Shown: one piece after another, positions 28,670 to 37,332 of the stretch
Position numbering within the stretch: position 1 is the first letter of the stretch
How the letters are laid out: each line of letters starts with the position of its first letter
DNA from: Synechococcus sp. UW140
GTDB lineage: Bacteria > Cyanobacteriota > Cyanobacteriia > PCC-6307 > Cyanobiaceae
Direction of reading: 5' to 3'
Assembly: GCA_945877115.1 (NCBI GenBank)
Contig: CAMCQR010000002.1
Span: forward strand, 148 to 64,147
DNA length: 64,000 nt
Notes under the pieces: generated by a model
Databases searched by the model: none
The model's input: only the letters and a program-made list of their open reading frames with translations
Told to the model about the DNA's origin: nothing
Position numbers and translations under genes: made by a program

Positions 28670-29926
28670 ATGGTTTTTGTGAGGAACTCTAGTCTAGACA
28701 ACCAGTCTCAAGTCCCCTTGCCTGGCCTGCCGGCACCCCAGGCACATTGCTTGGGGCGCTGGGTGGCCTTATCTGCGACCGTTTCCCTAGTGTGCTCGCC
28801 TGGGGGTCTTATTGCGGCTCCCCTGACAGGCACTCCTGCAGGGGCAGATACCGGCATGCCAGCGTTGCGTATTCAGAACATTCATACGCCACCACCCAAT
28901 TCATCTGGGCCTGGATATCTGGAACGCAGGCCAGCTCCATTGCCGATGCCGGCTCCTGAGCGATCGCTTTCTCTCCCCGAGCTTTATAGCGATCTCTACA
29001 CGCTTGGTCCGGGTGACACACTTCAGCTCAATTTTTTGGATCCTGAAGCTAAGTCCCTCAATGGCACATTTGGTATTTTAGCTGATGGCACAACCACATT
29101 GCCATTGGTTGGTTCTGTCCAATTGATTGGTCTCACCATCGGTCAAGCAACCCGTTGGTTGACGTCGCTTTATTCCAAGCAGCTAGTCCGTCCTCAGTTA
29201 ACTCTAACTCTCACGGCTCCCAGGCCCGTAAAAGTGACGATAGTGGGAGAAGTGTCCCGTCCCGGCCTCTATCCTCTTGGGTCTATTTCTAATCCTGTAG
29301 AGGCCATTCAAACGGCAGGGGGTGTTACTTTAAATGCAGATGTTCGTAATATACGTCTGCGACGACTGGCCGGTTCGGCTGGCGCTCAAAAAGAGACAAC
29401 GCTCAATCTTGCAGACCTGTTTGCCAATGGTAATCAACTGCAAAATCCGGTGTTGTTTGATGGAGACACTATTATCGTTTCCCGTGCCATCCAGCCGGTA
29501 CCAGAGGAGGTCTTAGCGATTGGCCAAACGAATTTGGCGCCACTGTCCATCAGTGTGACTGTGATCGGGGAGGTGAAGTCGCCTGGGACGGTTTCCTTGC
29601 CTTCCAATACTCCACTCATCGAAGCTCTTTTCCGATCGGGAGGCTTGATTAGGCGTCGCGCCCAGGCCAACAATATTGAATTAGTTCGTTTTAATCGAAA
29701 CGGCACTACGACCCGTCAGATGTTTGCCTATAAAGAAGATTTACCTGTCTCTAATCTCACGAATCCACCCTTACGCAATGGTGACACTATTATTGTTCGC
29801 AGTAACCTCTATGGCAAGGCCTTGAATTTGTTCAATGATCTGGCCGAGCCCCTCGGCGCTATCAATAGTATCTTCAGCTATGCTAATTATTGGAATTACT
29901 GGAATAATAACAATAATAATAACTAG
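28670..29926 (+). CDS. wza: Wza/OPX polysaccharide export protein with SLBB domains
   Basis: Poly_export YTLGPGDTLQL...DGTTTLPLVG; repeated SLBB motifs (V.GEV.RPG, L.DGDTIIV, LRNGDTIIV). Start is 28670 (ATG) or 28601 (TTG). Confidence 0.9.
   Translation: MVFVRNSSLDNQSQVPLPGLPAPQAHCLGRWVALSATVSLVCSPGGLIAAPLTGTPAGADTGMPALRIQNIHTPPPNSSGPGYLERRPAPLPMPAPERSLSLPELYSDLYTLGPGDTLQLNFLDPEAKSLNGTFGILADGTTTLPLVGSVQLIGLTIGQATRWLTSLYSKQLVRPQLTLTLTAPRPVKVTIVGEVSRPGLYPLGSISNPVEAIQTAGGVTLNADVRNIRLRRLAGSAGAQKETTLNLADLFANGNQLQNPVLFDGDTIIVSRAIQPVPEEVLAIGQTNLAPLSISVTVIGEVKSPGTVSLPSNTPLIEALFRSGGLIRRRAQANNIELVRFNRNGTTTRQMFAYKEDLPVSNLTNPPLRNGDTIIVRSNLYGKALNLFNDLAEPLGAINSIFSYANYWNYWNNNNNNN
29885..29923 (+). repeat. 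Coding simple repeats: (AATTAYTGG)x2 plus (AAY)x7, encoding NYWNYWNNNNNNN
   Basis: Read directly: AATTATTGG AATTACTGG AATAATAACAATAATAATAAC TAG. Confidence 0.85.
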
Positions 29927-29946
29927 CGGTAACAATATTTGCTGAC

Positions 29947-31218
29947 ATGATTTTTGTCCTTTCCATCTTCTTAATTGCCATGAGTCATTTTAGCCACCCT
30001 CTTAATACCCGAGCCGTGGCTTGGGCCCTTCTCTCCCAGTCCCTCTGGCTCCCAGTTGTAGGCATTGATCTACACGACCGCTGGCAAGCGGAGTTCCTCC
30101 GTTCTCGGCCCCTCGCCCTCCCCCAAGCCGAGTTGGCGGCTTCCCTGCCCCCGGCTCCTTTGGTGAATCCGGTCGAAAGGTCTCCCCTTTCCCGGGAAGC
30201 TCAATCGAATACTTCAGCCTCTGGAGTCCTGCTGGGCGCCTCTTCTCCGGCAGCCCATGCCCAGGTAGGACACCTGCTTGACCCAGCTGAACAGGTTGCT
30301 CCGGTCGGCCAGTATGTGATGACCCAGCGACCGTTCAAGTTCGCTACGCCCACTGCCTCCCCCCATGCAAGTGGCACCCCGTCCCCAGTCGTGGCTCCCC
30401 TTGCCAGCGCCTCCCGCTACGACCTGTTGCAGCGTTCGTTCACGCCTGCGGAGCTCCTAGGGGGGACCTTGACATTGAAGGATCTGCAGGCTGCCCCAAC
30501 CCCGTCGGTCGCCCTTTCTGAACGGGCCCGTCTTGCCCGTTCTTCCGATCCGTTGGCTCCCCTGCCCCAGGCCTGGCGTGAACCGATGCGTCGCGCCCTC
30601 AATGCAATCAATATCCCTTCGCCCCTGAAGCCCTCCGCCCAGCTGGAGGCCGCCCGCGTGGTCCACGTGCCCTCCATGAAGGTCTCCCGTGCGACGGCAG
30701 TCCCCTTGGTGTTGCAGTCCGATGGCAGCGTTGATCTGCTGTCAAAACCGGAGGATCCGGCAGTCCTGGAGGCTATCCGCGGTTGGAGTGGTCGCCAGGA
30801 TCTCCCCGCTTCGGGTCGTCTGGCGCCCGCGATCGTGCATGTTGAACCTCTCAAGGAGTTGCCACCGCTGAGTTCGATTTCGGTTAAGACCCAGGCTAAG
30901 CCCCATTCTTCAGGCCCCATGGGGAAGGCCTCGCCCGCTTCGCCGGCCATGGGTTCGCCAGACCCAGCGGTTGCGCCCACTGCAGAGGCTTCGGTCCCGG
31001 CTCGTGTACCCGTTGTTGCTCCGGTCTCCGAACTCCGTGGCGAGCCCCCTGCGCCCCAACCGCCCGTGGCGGCGGAAGCCCCGAGTCCCGCCCCGCCCTC
31101 CGCAGCCCCGGCTCCGTCGGCTCCTGTGGCTCCAGCCCCCGAGGTGCCTCCGGCGCCCGCGGCCAGTGCCCCTCAGGCCTCATCCCCGGCCCCTTCCTCG
31201 CCCCAGCCTGCTTCGTGA
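29947..31218 (+). CDS. Hypothetical protein with N-terminal hydrophobic segment and long Pro/Ala-rich C-terminal tail
   Basis: 423-aa ORF (alternative ATG at MSHFSH) with a globular-looking middle and an APAPSAPVAPAP-type tail; TGATG-coupled to the next gene. Confidence 0.7.
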   Translation: MIFVLSIFLIAMSHFSHPLNTRAVAWALLSQSLWLPVVGIDLHDRWQAEFLRSRPLALPQAELAASLPPAPLVNPVERSPLSREAQSNTSASGVLLGASSPAAHAQVGHLLDPAEQVAPVGQYVMTQRPFKFATPTASPHASGTPSPVVAPLASASRYDLLQRSFTPAELLGGTLTLKDLQAAPTPSVALSERARLARSSDPLAPLPQAWREPMRRALNAINIPSPLKPSAQLEAARVVHVPSMKVSRATAVPLVLQSDGSVDLLSKPEDPAVLEAIRGWSGRQDLPASGRLAPAIVHVEPLKELPPLSSISVKTQAKPHSSGPMGKASPASPAMGSPDPAVAPTAEASVPARVPVVAPVSELRGEPPAPQPPVAAEAPSPAPPSAAPAPSAPVAPAPEVPPAPAASAPQASSPAPSSPQPAS

Positions 31219-31904
31219 TGTTCCCCTCTCTTGGTGCCAGGTTGACCATGGGCGTTTCTGTTGCCCTGGCGGCAGCCACCCCATCGGTTTTCGCCCAGGG
31301 CCTCGTACCTCTGGCACCTTGGCATCAGGTGGCTCCTCAGGCCCCTGCAGCCTCCTGGATCCCCTTTGCTGATCCACGAGTCAATCCCCTGGCCTGGCGT
31401 CCGGTATCCCGTTACGACGCAGTGCCTCCACCCCAACAACCTGAAGCGGCTTTAGAGACAACCGTTCCCGTGGTCGACCCTGCGACGCAGCCCGGGCCGA
31501 TCTTTGGCATTGGAACAGGTATCCACTCCTTTGCTGGGGATCGCACCAGTCCCGTGGTGACCGGGCGCCTTGGCTATGCCTTCGGTGAGGGGTTCGGGGT
31601 TTCCTTACGGCCCACTTACATCTTCTTGAACAGGGACCTGCAGGGGGTTGATAACAGCGATGGAGCTTTTCAGATGCCCCTCACCCTTGATTTGTTCCCC
31701 CGTGCGCTCTTCTCGCCCTACATCGGAGCTGGCCTGGCCACCAATACCGATACTAGCCACACGACCGATGCCATGCTCACGGGGGGCATGGACCTAAATC
31801 TCGTGCGCCATCTATCCCTTGGGTTGAATATTAATTATATCTTCCAGCCCGCACAAAACGATAGTGACTGGGAGGCCATGGCTTTGCTTTATTTTCGTTT
31901 TTAG
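31218..31904 (+). CDS. Small outer-membrane beta-barrel protein (OmpA/OmpW-like, about 8 strands)
   Basis: Signal peptide ending VFAQ, Pro-rich spacer, alternating beta-strands (GRLGYAF, FSPYIGAGLA, LGLNINYIF) and C-terminal LLYFRF (terminal Phe, BAM-type signal). Confidence 0.75.
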   Translation: MFPSLGARLTMGVSVALAAATPSVFAQGLVPLAPWHQVAPQAPAASWIPFADPRVNPLAWRPVSRYDAVPPPQQPEAALETTVPVVDPATQPGPIFGIGTGIHSFAGDRTSPVVTGRLGYAFGEGFGVSLRPTYIFLNRDLQGVDNSDGAFQMPLTLDLFPRALFSPYIGAGLATNTDTSHTTDAMLTGGMDLNLVRHLSLGLNINYIFQPAQNDSDWEAMALLYFRF

Positions 31905-31948
31905 AAGCGGCTGATGATCGTTTGATCGGAGATAATGCAGAACTGGGT

Positions 31949-32506
31949 TTACGACTCGGCCACGGCCTCAATGGAAGCGGCAATTTGCTCCCGTTGCTCG
32001 TCGTCGTAACCCCATCGCTCCAGAAACTCCACGTCTTGCCCTTCGCCCCGGGTGCCGGCTAGCAGGGTTTCCAGTCGCAGCTTGACGAGATTGGGTTCCA
32101 GTAAGCGCAGCAATTCGCGACTGCGTTCGCTAACCCGTTGGGAGGCCAGGGCTGCCACCCGGTCCTGATTGCGCTCGTGATGCACCACCATGGCTGTGCT
32201 CATGGCCAGATTTCGGGCAGTCAGATCCACGACTCCCTCTCCCGCCAGACGCAGGCTTTGGATCAGGGCCTCGGGCATGCGATCCATCAGGGGCCCTTCC
32301 CCTGCCATCGCCACCACGAAAAACCCCCTCGCCCCATCGCGGCTCGCCACCAAATCCCCGACCCGTTCGCTCAGCACCTCATCGCTCAAAACATCCTGTT
32401 CCCATTCCTCCAGCCACTGGCTCGCCAGAGCCATGGCTTCTCGAAAGCCGATGGGCGTCGCGACGACATGGTCTTCATGGCTGGGGTCGGTCAGGGGGGT
32501 GCTCAT
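31949..32506 (-). CDS. Conserved cyanobacterial hypothetical protein
   Basis: MSTPLTDP...SRDGARGFFV...NLAMSTAM...FLERWGYDDEQ. The upstream extension in the track is the antisense shadow of era. Confidence 0.7.
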   Translation of the reverse strand: MSTPLTDPSHEDHVVATPIGFREAMALASQWLEEWEQDVLSDEVLSERVGDLVASRDGARGFFVVAMAGEGPLMDRMPEALIQSLRLAGEGVVDLTARNLAMSTAMVVHHERNQDRVAALASQRVSERSRELLRLLEPNLVKLRLETLLAGTRGEGQDVEFLERWGYDDEQREQIAASIEAVAES

Positions 32507-32564
32507 GGGTTGCCAATGTTGGGCTGGTCGGCAGGGCAGCCCGGGGGCTGTCAATGTTGAGGAT

Positions 32565-33524
32565 ATGGATTCCACTCTCCCAGTTGCTAGCCCCAACGAT
32601 TTCCGTTCTGGGTTTGTCGCCCTGATCGGGCGGCCGAACGTCGGCAAATCCACCCTTCTCAACCAGCTGGTCGGTTCCAAGGTGGCCATCACCTCCCCAG
32701 TGGCCCAGACCACCCGCCATCGCTTGCGGGGCATCCTCACCACCCCTGGGGCCCAGATTGTTCTGCTTGATACTCCTGGCATCCACAAGCCCCACCATCT
32801 CCTCGGGGAGCGTTTGGTTCGCAGTGCCCGCACCGCCATTGGCGAGGTGGATCTTGTGTTGCTGTTATTAGATGGTTCCCAGCCCCCAGGCGGCGGCGAT
32901 GCCTTCATCGTCGAACTGCTGCGCCAGGGTGGCTTTGCCGTGCAGGTCGCCCTCAACAAGAGCGATCAGCTCGATCCCGATCGGCGTCTTGCCGTGGCAG
33001 GGGAATATCGCCAATTGTTAGTTGGCCCTGTCGCCGACCCGCTGGCGGGAACCAATGCACGCCAACCCTGGCCTTTGCACCTGTGTAGTGCCCTGACGGG
33101 TGAGGGTACCGAGGCGCTTGTCAAGGCCCTGAGCCTGGCTTTGCCGCTAGGGCCCCACCTTTATCCGGCCGATGCCGTGACAGATCAGCCCGAGCAGCTG
33201 TTACTCGAGGAGCTGATCCGGGAGCAGGTTCTGCACTACACCCGGGAGGAGGTCCCCCATTCGGTGGCCGTCCGGGTCGAGCGGATGGAGGAGGATGGAC
33301 CCAGGTTGGCGGTGCTGGCCACCGTGGTGGTGGAACGCAGTAGCCAGAAGGCCATCGTGATCGGCAAGGGCGGGCAGATGCTGCGTCGCATCGGGGAGGG
33401 GGCCCGCATGTCCATGCAGAAGCTGTTGGACGGGCCCGTGTATCTGGAGCTTTTCGTCAAGGTGGTGCCCCATTGGCGTCGCAGTCCCACCCGGCTGGCG
33501 GAACTCGGCTACAACACCGACTGA
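32565..33524 (+). CDS. era: GTPase Era
   Basis: FRSGFVALIGRPNVGKSTL, QTTRHR, DTPG, NKSD and KH-domain EEVPHS...IGKGG...LELFVKV. Confidence 0.97.
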   Translation: MDSTLPVASPNDFRSGFVALIGRPNVGKSTLLNQLVGSKVAITSPVAQTTRHRLRGILTTPGAQIVLLDTPGIHKPHHLLGERLVRSARTAIGEVDLVLLLLDGSQPPGGGDAFIVELLRQGGFAVQVALNKSDQLDPDRRLAVAGEYRQLLVGPVADPLAGTNARQPWPLHLCSALTGEGTEALVKALSLALPLGPHLYPADAVTDQPEQLLLEELIREQVLHYTREEVPHSVAVRVERMEEDGPRLAVLATVVVERSSQKAIVIGKGGQMLRRIGEGARMSMQKLLDGPVYLELFVKVVPHWRRSPTRLAELGYNTD

Positions 33525-33557
33525 CAGGATGGGAGCGGCTGACCCTTCCCCTGGCCC

Positions 33558-34052
33558 TTGAGTCCCTTGAGTGATTTTCCGCCCGCCACCATCGAGGCGT
33601 TCCTGTGCTCCTGCGCGGGGGAGTGGATTGCCCTTCGCAGCCAGTTCGCTCCCCTTAATCCCAGCCAGGACGATGACGCCTGGCATGATTCCGAGCGGGG
33701 TGAGATCAAGGTGGACTATCTGGCCCCAGCCTGCAGCGAGGCCCCAGGAGGCCTGCGGGTCACCGCACCGGGGGGCACTGTCACCACCTTGACCTTCCTG
33801 GCGGATGGCCAGGTCCTCTTGGCCTCCTCCTCCCAGGAAACAACTGCGGGCACCTGGCAATTCTGGCCTGACGGCACGATGGAACTGGGCTCTCCCTGGG
33901 GAGACGGCAAGGTCAGTGAGCGGATCTGGTTTGCCAAGCCCAATCTGCGCCTGCGCAGCAGCCTGGCGCACCGGGCGGATGGGAAGCCTGGACGGGCCAG
34001 TTTCAGTACGGAGATTCGCCGCGTCAGTCGCCCGCCCTCCCAAGCCCTGTGA
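33558..34052 (+). CDS. CpcS/CpeS-type phycobiliprotein lyase-like protein
   Basis: F...[12 protein letters not shown]-terminus and [16 protein letters not shown] / SFSTEIRR motifs of the CpcS/CpeS family. Confidence 0.75.
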   Translation: MSPLSDFPPATIEAFLCSCAGEWIALRSQFAPLNPSQDDDAWHDSERGEIKVDYLAPACSEAPGGLRVTAPGGTVTTLTFLADGQVLLASSSQETTAGTWQFWPDGTMELGSPWGDGKVSERIWFAKPNLRLRSSLAHRADGKPGRASFSTEIRRVSRPPSQAL

Positions 34053-34065
34053 TGCGGTTTCGCTG

Positions 34066-35301
34066 ATGCGACTGGACGTCGTCAGTCTGTTGCCGGAGGC
34101 TTTCCTGCCCCTACGGCAGCTTGGGGTCATCGGCCGTGCCTTTACTGCTGGCATCGCTGAACTCCATACCCATAACCCCCGTGATCACGCCACGGATCGC
34201 TACCGCAAGGTCGATGATCTGCCCTATGGGGGCGGCGTGGGCATGGTGCTCAAGCCCGAGCCCGTGTTTGCCGCCTTTGAGGCGATTCCGGCACGGATGC
34301 GCCGCCGTGTCCTGCTGATGAGTCCCCAGGGGCAGCCCCTGCGGCAGGCGGATCTGCTGCGTTGGGCCGAGAACTACGACCAGTTGGTGTTGCTCTGTGG
34401 CCATTACGAAGGTTTTGATGAGCGCATCCGGGGCCTGGCGGATGAGGAGGTCTCCATGGGTGATTTTGTGCTGACCGGTGGCGAATTACCGGCCATGACG
34501 GTGATCAATGGTGTAGTGCGCCTGTTGCCGGGCACGGTGGGCAAGGCGGCCTCGTTGCAGGACGAAAGCCATCGCGATGGCCTGTTGGAACATCCCCATT
34601 ACACCCGCCCTGCCCTTTTCCGGGGCCAGGAAGTGCCCGAAGTCCTGCGCAGTGGCGACCATGGCGCCATTGACCAATGGCGCCACCAGCAGAGCCAGGA
34701 GCGCACCCGCCTGCGTCGACCCGACCTCTATGCCCGCTGGTTGGAGGGGGTTTTAGCCAAGGGGCCTGCCCGCCTGGAAGACTGGCCTGGGACGCTGGCT
34801 TCCACGGAGGTAAGCATGGATCTGCGGATCGGCAACGGCTACGACATTCATCGCCTGATCCAGGGTCGTGACTTAATTCTTGGGGGCGTCCGGCTGGAGC
34901 ATCCCGAGGGGCTGGGGCTCGATGGCCATAGTGATGCGGACGTCTTAGTGCATGCGGTGATGGATGCCCTGCTTGGGGCCCTGTCCCTTGGGGACATCGG
35001 TCGCCATTTCCCCCCGGAGGACAGCCGTTGGCAAGGGGCCGATAGTCTTGAACTGCTGCAGAAAGTGGTGGCTCTGGTGGCGGAGCGGGGTTGGCGTGTG
35101 CTGAATGTAGATGCGGTGGTGATTGCCGAACGGCCCCGACTCAAGCCCCACATCGACGCCATGCGGGCGGCAATGGCGGTCCATCTTGGGGTCGAACCGG
35201 AGCAGGTGGGGGTGAAGGCCACCACGAATGAGGGACTAGGACCGGAGGGGCGCGAAGAGGGTATTGCTTGTCACGCCGTGGCCCTGCTGGCCAGGCCCTG
35301 A
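34066..35301 (+). CDS. trmD/ispF: TrmD (tRNA m1G37 methyltransferase) fused in frame to IspF (MEcPP synthase)
   Basis: TrmD: [44 protein letters not shown]. IspF: [35 protein letters not shown]. No stop codon lies between them. Confidence 0.92.
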   Translation: MRLDVVSLLPEAFLPLRQLGVIGRAFTAGIAELHTHNPRDHATDRYRKVDDLPYGGGVGMVLKPEPVFAAFEAIPARMRRRVLLMSPQGQPLRQADLLRWAENYDQLVLLCGHYEGFDERIRGLADEEVSMGDFVLTGGELPAMTVINGVVRLLPGTVGKAASLQDESHRDGLLEHPHYTRPALFRGQEVPEVLRSGDHGAIDQWRHQQSQERTRLRRPDLYARWLEGVLAKGPARLEDWPGTLASTEVSMDLRIGNGYDIHRLIQGRDLILGGVRLEHPEGLGLDGHSDADVLVHAVMDALLGALSLGDIGRHFPPEDSRWQGADSLELLQKVVALVAERGWRVLNVDAVVIAERPRLKPHIDAMRAAMAVHLGVEPEQVGVKATTNEGLGPEGREEGIACHAVALLARP

Positions 35302-35304
35302 GCC

Positions 35305-36015
35305 ATGGCTTTCCCCCCAGGGTTGGGTGATTCCGATCACGATCTCGATCTCGATCGCCGCCGTCGCTTGGGCCTGGTGGAGGCTGTGTGGGGCGAGCAC
35401 AAAAGCCCCTCGCAGATCGCCGCCATCATCAAGGCCATGCGGTCCGCTGGCGAGCTGGTTCTGGTGACGCGGGTGTCCGAAGAACAGGTTGCAGCGGTGT
35501 TGACCCTGCTGGGGCCCGAAGGGGATGTCCTCGAAGGGATATGGCATCACCAGGAGGCCCGTTGCCTCACCCTTCCCGCCCTGCCGGTTCCGGACCCTGG
35601 CCTGGGGACCGTGGCGATTCTGGGAGCAGGCAGCAGTGATCTGGCCGTGGCTTCAGAAGCCCATCTCGCCCTGGCCTGCCACGGGGTGGCCAGTGATCTG
35701 ATCTTGGACGTTGGCGTGGCCGGTTTGCACCGTTTGCTGGGCCGCCTCGCTGGTTTGGGGCGTTATCGCGTGTTGATCGTCTGTGCCGGTATGGAGGGCG
35801 CTTTGCCAACCGTGGTGGCGGGTTTATTGCCCCAGCCGGTGATCGGGGTACCCGTGTCGGTGGGGTATGGCGTCAGCAAGGGCGGGCGGGCCGCTCTCCA
35901 GGGCATGTTGGCCAGTTGTGCCCCAGGCCTGACGGTAGTGAACATCGACAATGGCTATGGGGCCGCGATGGCGGCCCTGCGGATTCTCCAGGCCCCCAGA
36001 GGGGACGGGGGCTGA
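35305..36015 (+). CDS. larB: LarB / CpmA (AIR carboxylase-like) protein
   Basis: DLDRRRRLGLVEAVWGEHK, AGSSDLAVASEA, DVGVAGLHRL, AGMEGALP and VVNIDNGYGAA motifs. Confidence 0.88.
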   Translation: MAFPPGLGDSDHDLDLDRRRRLGLVEAVWGEHKSPSQIAAIIKAMRSAGELVLVTRVSEEQVAAVLTLLGPEGDVLEGIWHHQEARCLTLPALPVPDPGLGTVAILGAGSSDLAVASEAHLALACHGVASDLILDVGVAGLHRLLGRLAGLGRYRVLIVCAGMEGALPTVVAGLLPQPVIGVPVSVGYGVSKGGRAALQGMLASCAPGLTVVNIDNGYGAAMAALRILQAPRGDGG

Positions 36016-36049
36016 AGCCATGCCTTGGATCAGGCCTGGAAGGCAAAAC

Positions 36050-37048
36050 TCAGAGATGTTGCATCTGCGGATAGGCGGTCAGGAGATCCTCCTGGCTGAG
36101 CACTTCGCCCCGACCTTCCGGCTGCCAGATCACCTCAAGGGCCAGCAGATCCTCCGAGCGCACCGAACCGAGGCGCTGGAGCGATTCCCGCAGGTCCTCG
36201 GCCGTGCCGGAACCTTTGAGATCCAGTTTGGATCGACTTGCCACCAACAACGTCACCGCGATGAAATCGCTGGTGGCATCGCTCTGGCCGGCGACCCCAT
36301 CACTGGTTTCGATGTGGCGGCGGCCCGAGACATTGGCCGTCAGCTCCCGTTCCAGTTTGCTGCGCTCCTGCATCGAGAGCCGGTTGAAGGTGGCCTCTGC
36401 GGAGGTAATCGGGATCTGGCCGAGTTCGGAGTTGGCATAAACCCAGAGTTCCGGGTTGCGTAACAACGAAAGGGTGGTCTCCTGGAGAACCCGCTGCAGC
36501 CCGCTACTGGTGGACGTATCGGCGCTTTCCGCCATGCGACGTAAATCGGTTTGCAGCACCTTGGCTGAGGCCAGCAGCCCCACCTGGACTGAGGCCACGG
36601 AAACACCGCTTGCCCCCAGGCTGTCCTGGCCATCGCGCCCGGGCAGGCTGGCCGTGCCACCACCACCTCGAAGGGAACTGAGCATCAACCCAACGACGGC
36701 CATCAGCACCAGGAAGGCGAGTAGTCCGCTGCCGCCGAAGCCGAAGATCGGCACAACGAATGGGGCGCTATAGCCACCGCCGTAGTAGCCACCGCCGCCG
36801 TAATAACCGCCGCCGCCGCCGTAATAGCCGCCTCGGGGGTAATAAGAGCCACGGGGATAACCGCCACCGGATCCGCCGGAGCGGTTGCCATAACTCCGGG
36901 GGGCTGACGGAGCCGATCGGAAGCTGCCGCCCCCGATGCGTCCGCCGCTGGCCGCAAGGCTGGAAGCGGGATGGGCAAGCAACAAGGTGGTCAGAAGCAT
37001 TGGCACCACCATCAAGCCGGCGAAGCGCCGTAGCAATCGGGGACCCAT
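36050..37048 (-). CDS. DUF1517 (FLAP1-like) membrane protein
   Basis: ASGGRIGGGSF, Gly/Tyr-rich linker, TM, LQETTLSLLRNPE, FNRLSMQERSK and ALEVIWQP motifs. Confidence 0.85.
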   Translation of the reverse strand: MGPRLLRRFAGLMVVPMLLTTLLLAHPASSLAASGGRIGGGSFRSAPSAPRSYGNRSGGSGGGYPRGSYYPRGGYYGGGGGYYGGGGYYGGGYSAPFVVPIFGFGGSGLLAFLVLMAVVGLMLSSLRGGGGTASLPGRDGQDSLGASGVSVASVQVGLLASAKVLQTDLRRMAESADTSTSSGLQRVLQETTLSLLRNPELWVYANSELGQIPITSAEATFNRLSMQERSKLERELTANVSGRRHIETSDGVAGQSDATSDFIAVTLLVASRSKLDLKGSGTAEDLRESLQRLGSVRSEDLLALEVIWQPEGRGEVLSQEDLLTAYPQMQHL

Positions 37049-37074
37049 AGGAGTTCCAGAGGTTGAACCGAAAT

Positions 37075-37332
37075 CTAGATACCCCCCCCCACGATGGTGA
37101 CCACCTCCAGCACATCGGATTCCACAACCTGTTGCTGGTTCCAGTGGGCCCGGGCCAGGATCGCGCCGTTGAATTCGACGACCACCAGCTCGGGCCGGTA
37201 ACCGAGGCTCTTGAGGAGGCCCTGCAGCGACTGGCCCGAAGCACATCGATACGGCTCACCGTTCACCTGCACGGTGATGGCAGTTGGTTCCTGATCTGGG
37301 AAATCAGGGTCTGGGGGGTCAGGCGGGCTCAA
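37075..37332 (-). CDS. thiS: Sulfur carrier protein ThiS
   Basis: VQVNGE...LVVVEFNGAIL...LEVVTIVGGG. The C-terminus reads GGGI rather than ending in GG; the start may be internal. Confidence 0.85.
   Translation of the reverse strand: MSPPDPPDPDFPDQEPTAITVQVNGEPYRCASGQSLQGLLKSLGYRPELVVVEFNGAILARAHWNQQQVVESDVLEVVTIVGGGI

Noticed and set aside
29885-29945. Possible CRISPR or mobile-element repeat at the AT/GC boundary
   Set aside because: Only short coding triplet and 9-mer repeats are present, with no spacers, terminal inverted repeats, target duplication or cas/transposase gene.
32190-32564. Long N-terminal extensions in the track for era, trmD (33805), DUF1517 (37246), DUF3611 (39141), nadK (42010) and nnr (62639)
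   Set aside because: The extensions overlap neighbouring real genes, and homology motifs begin at downstream start codons.
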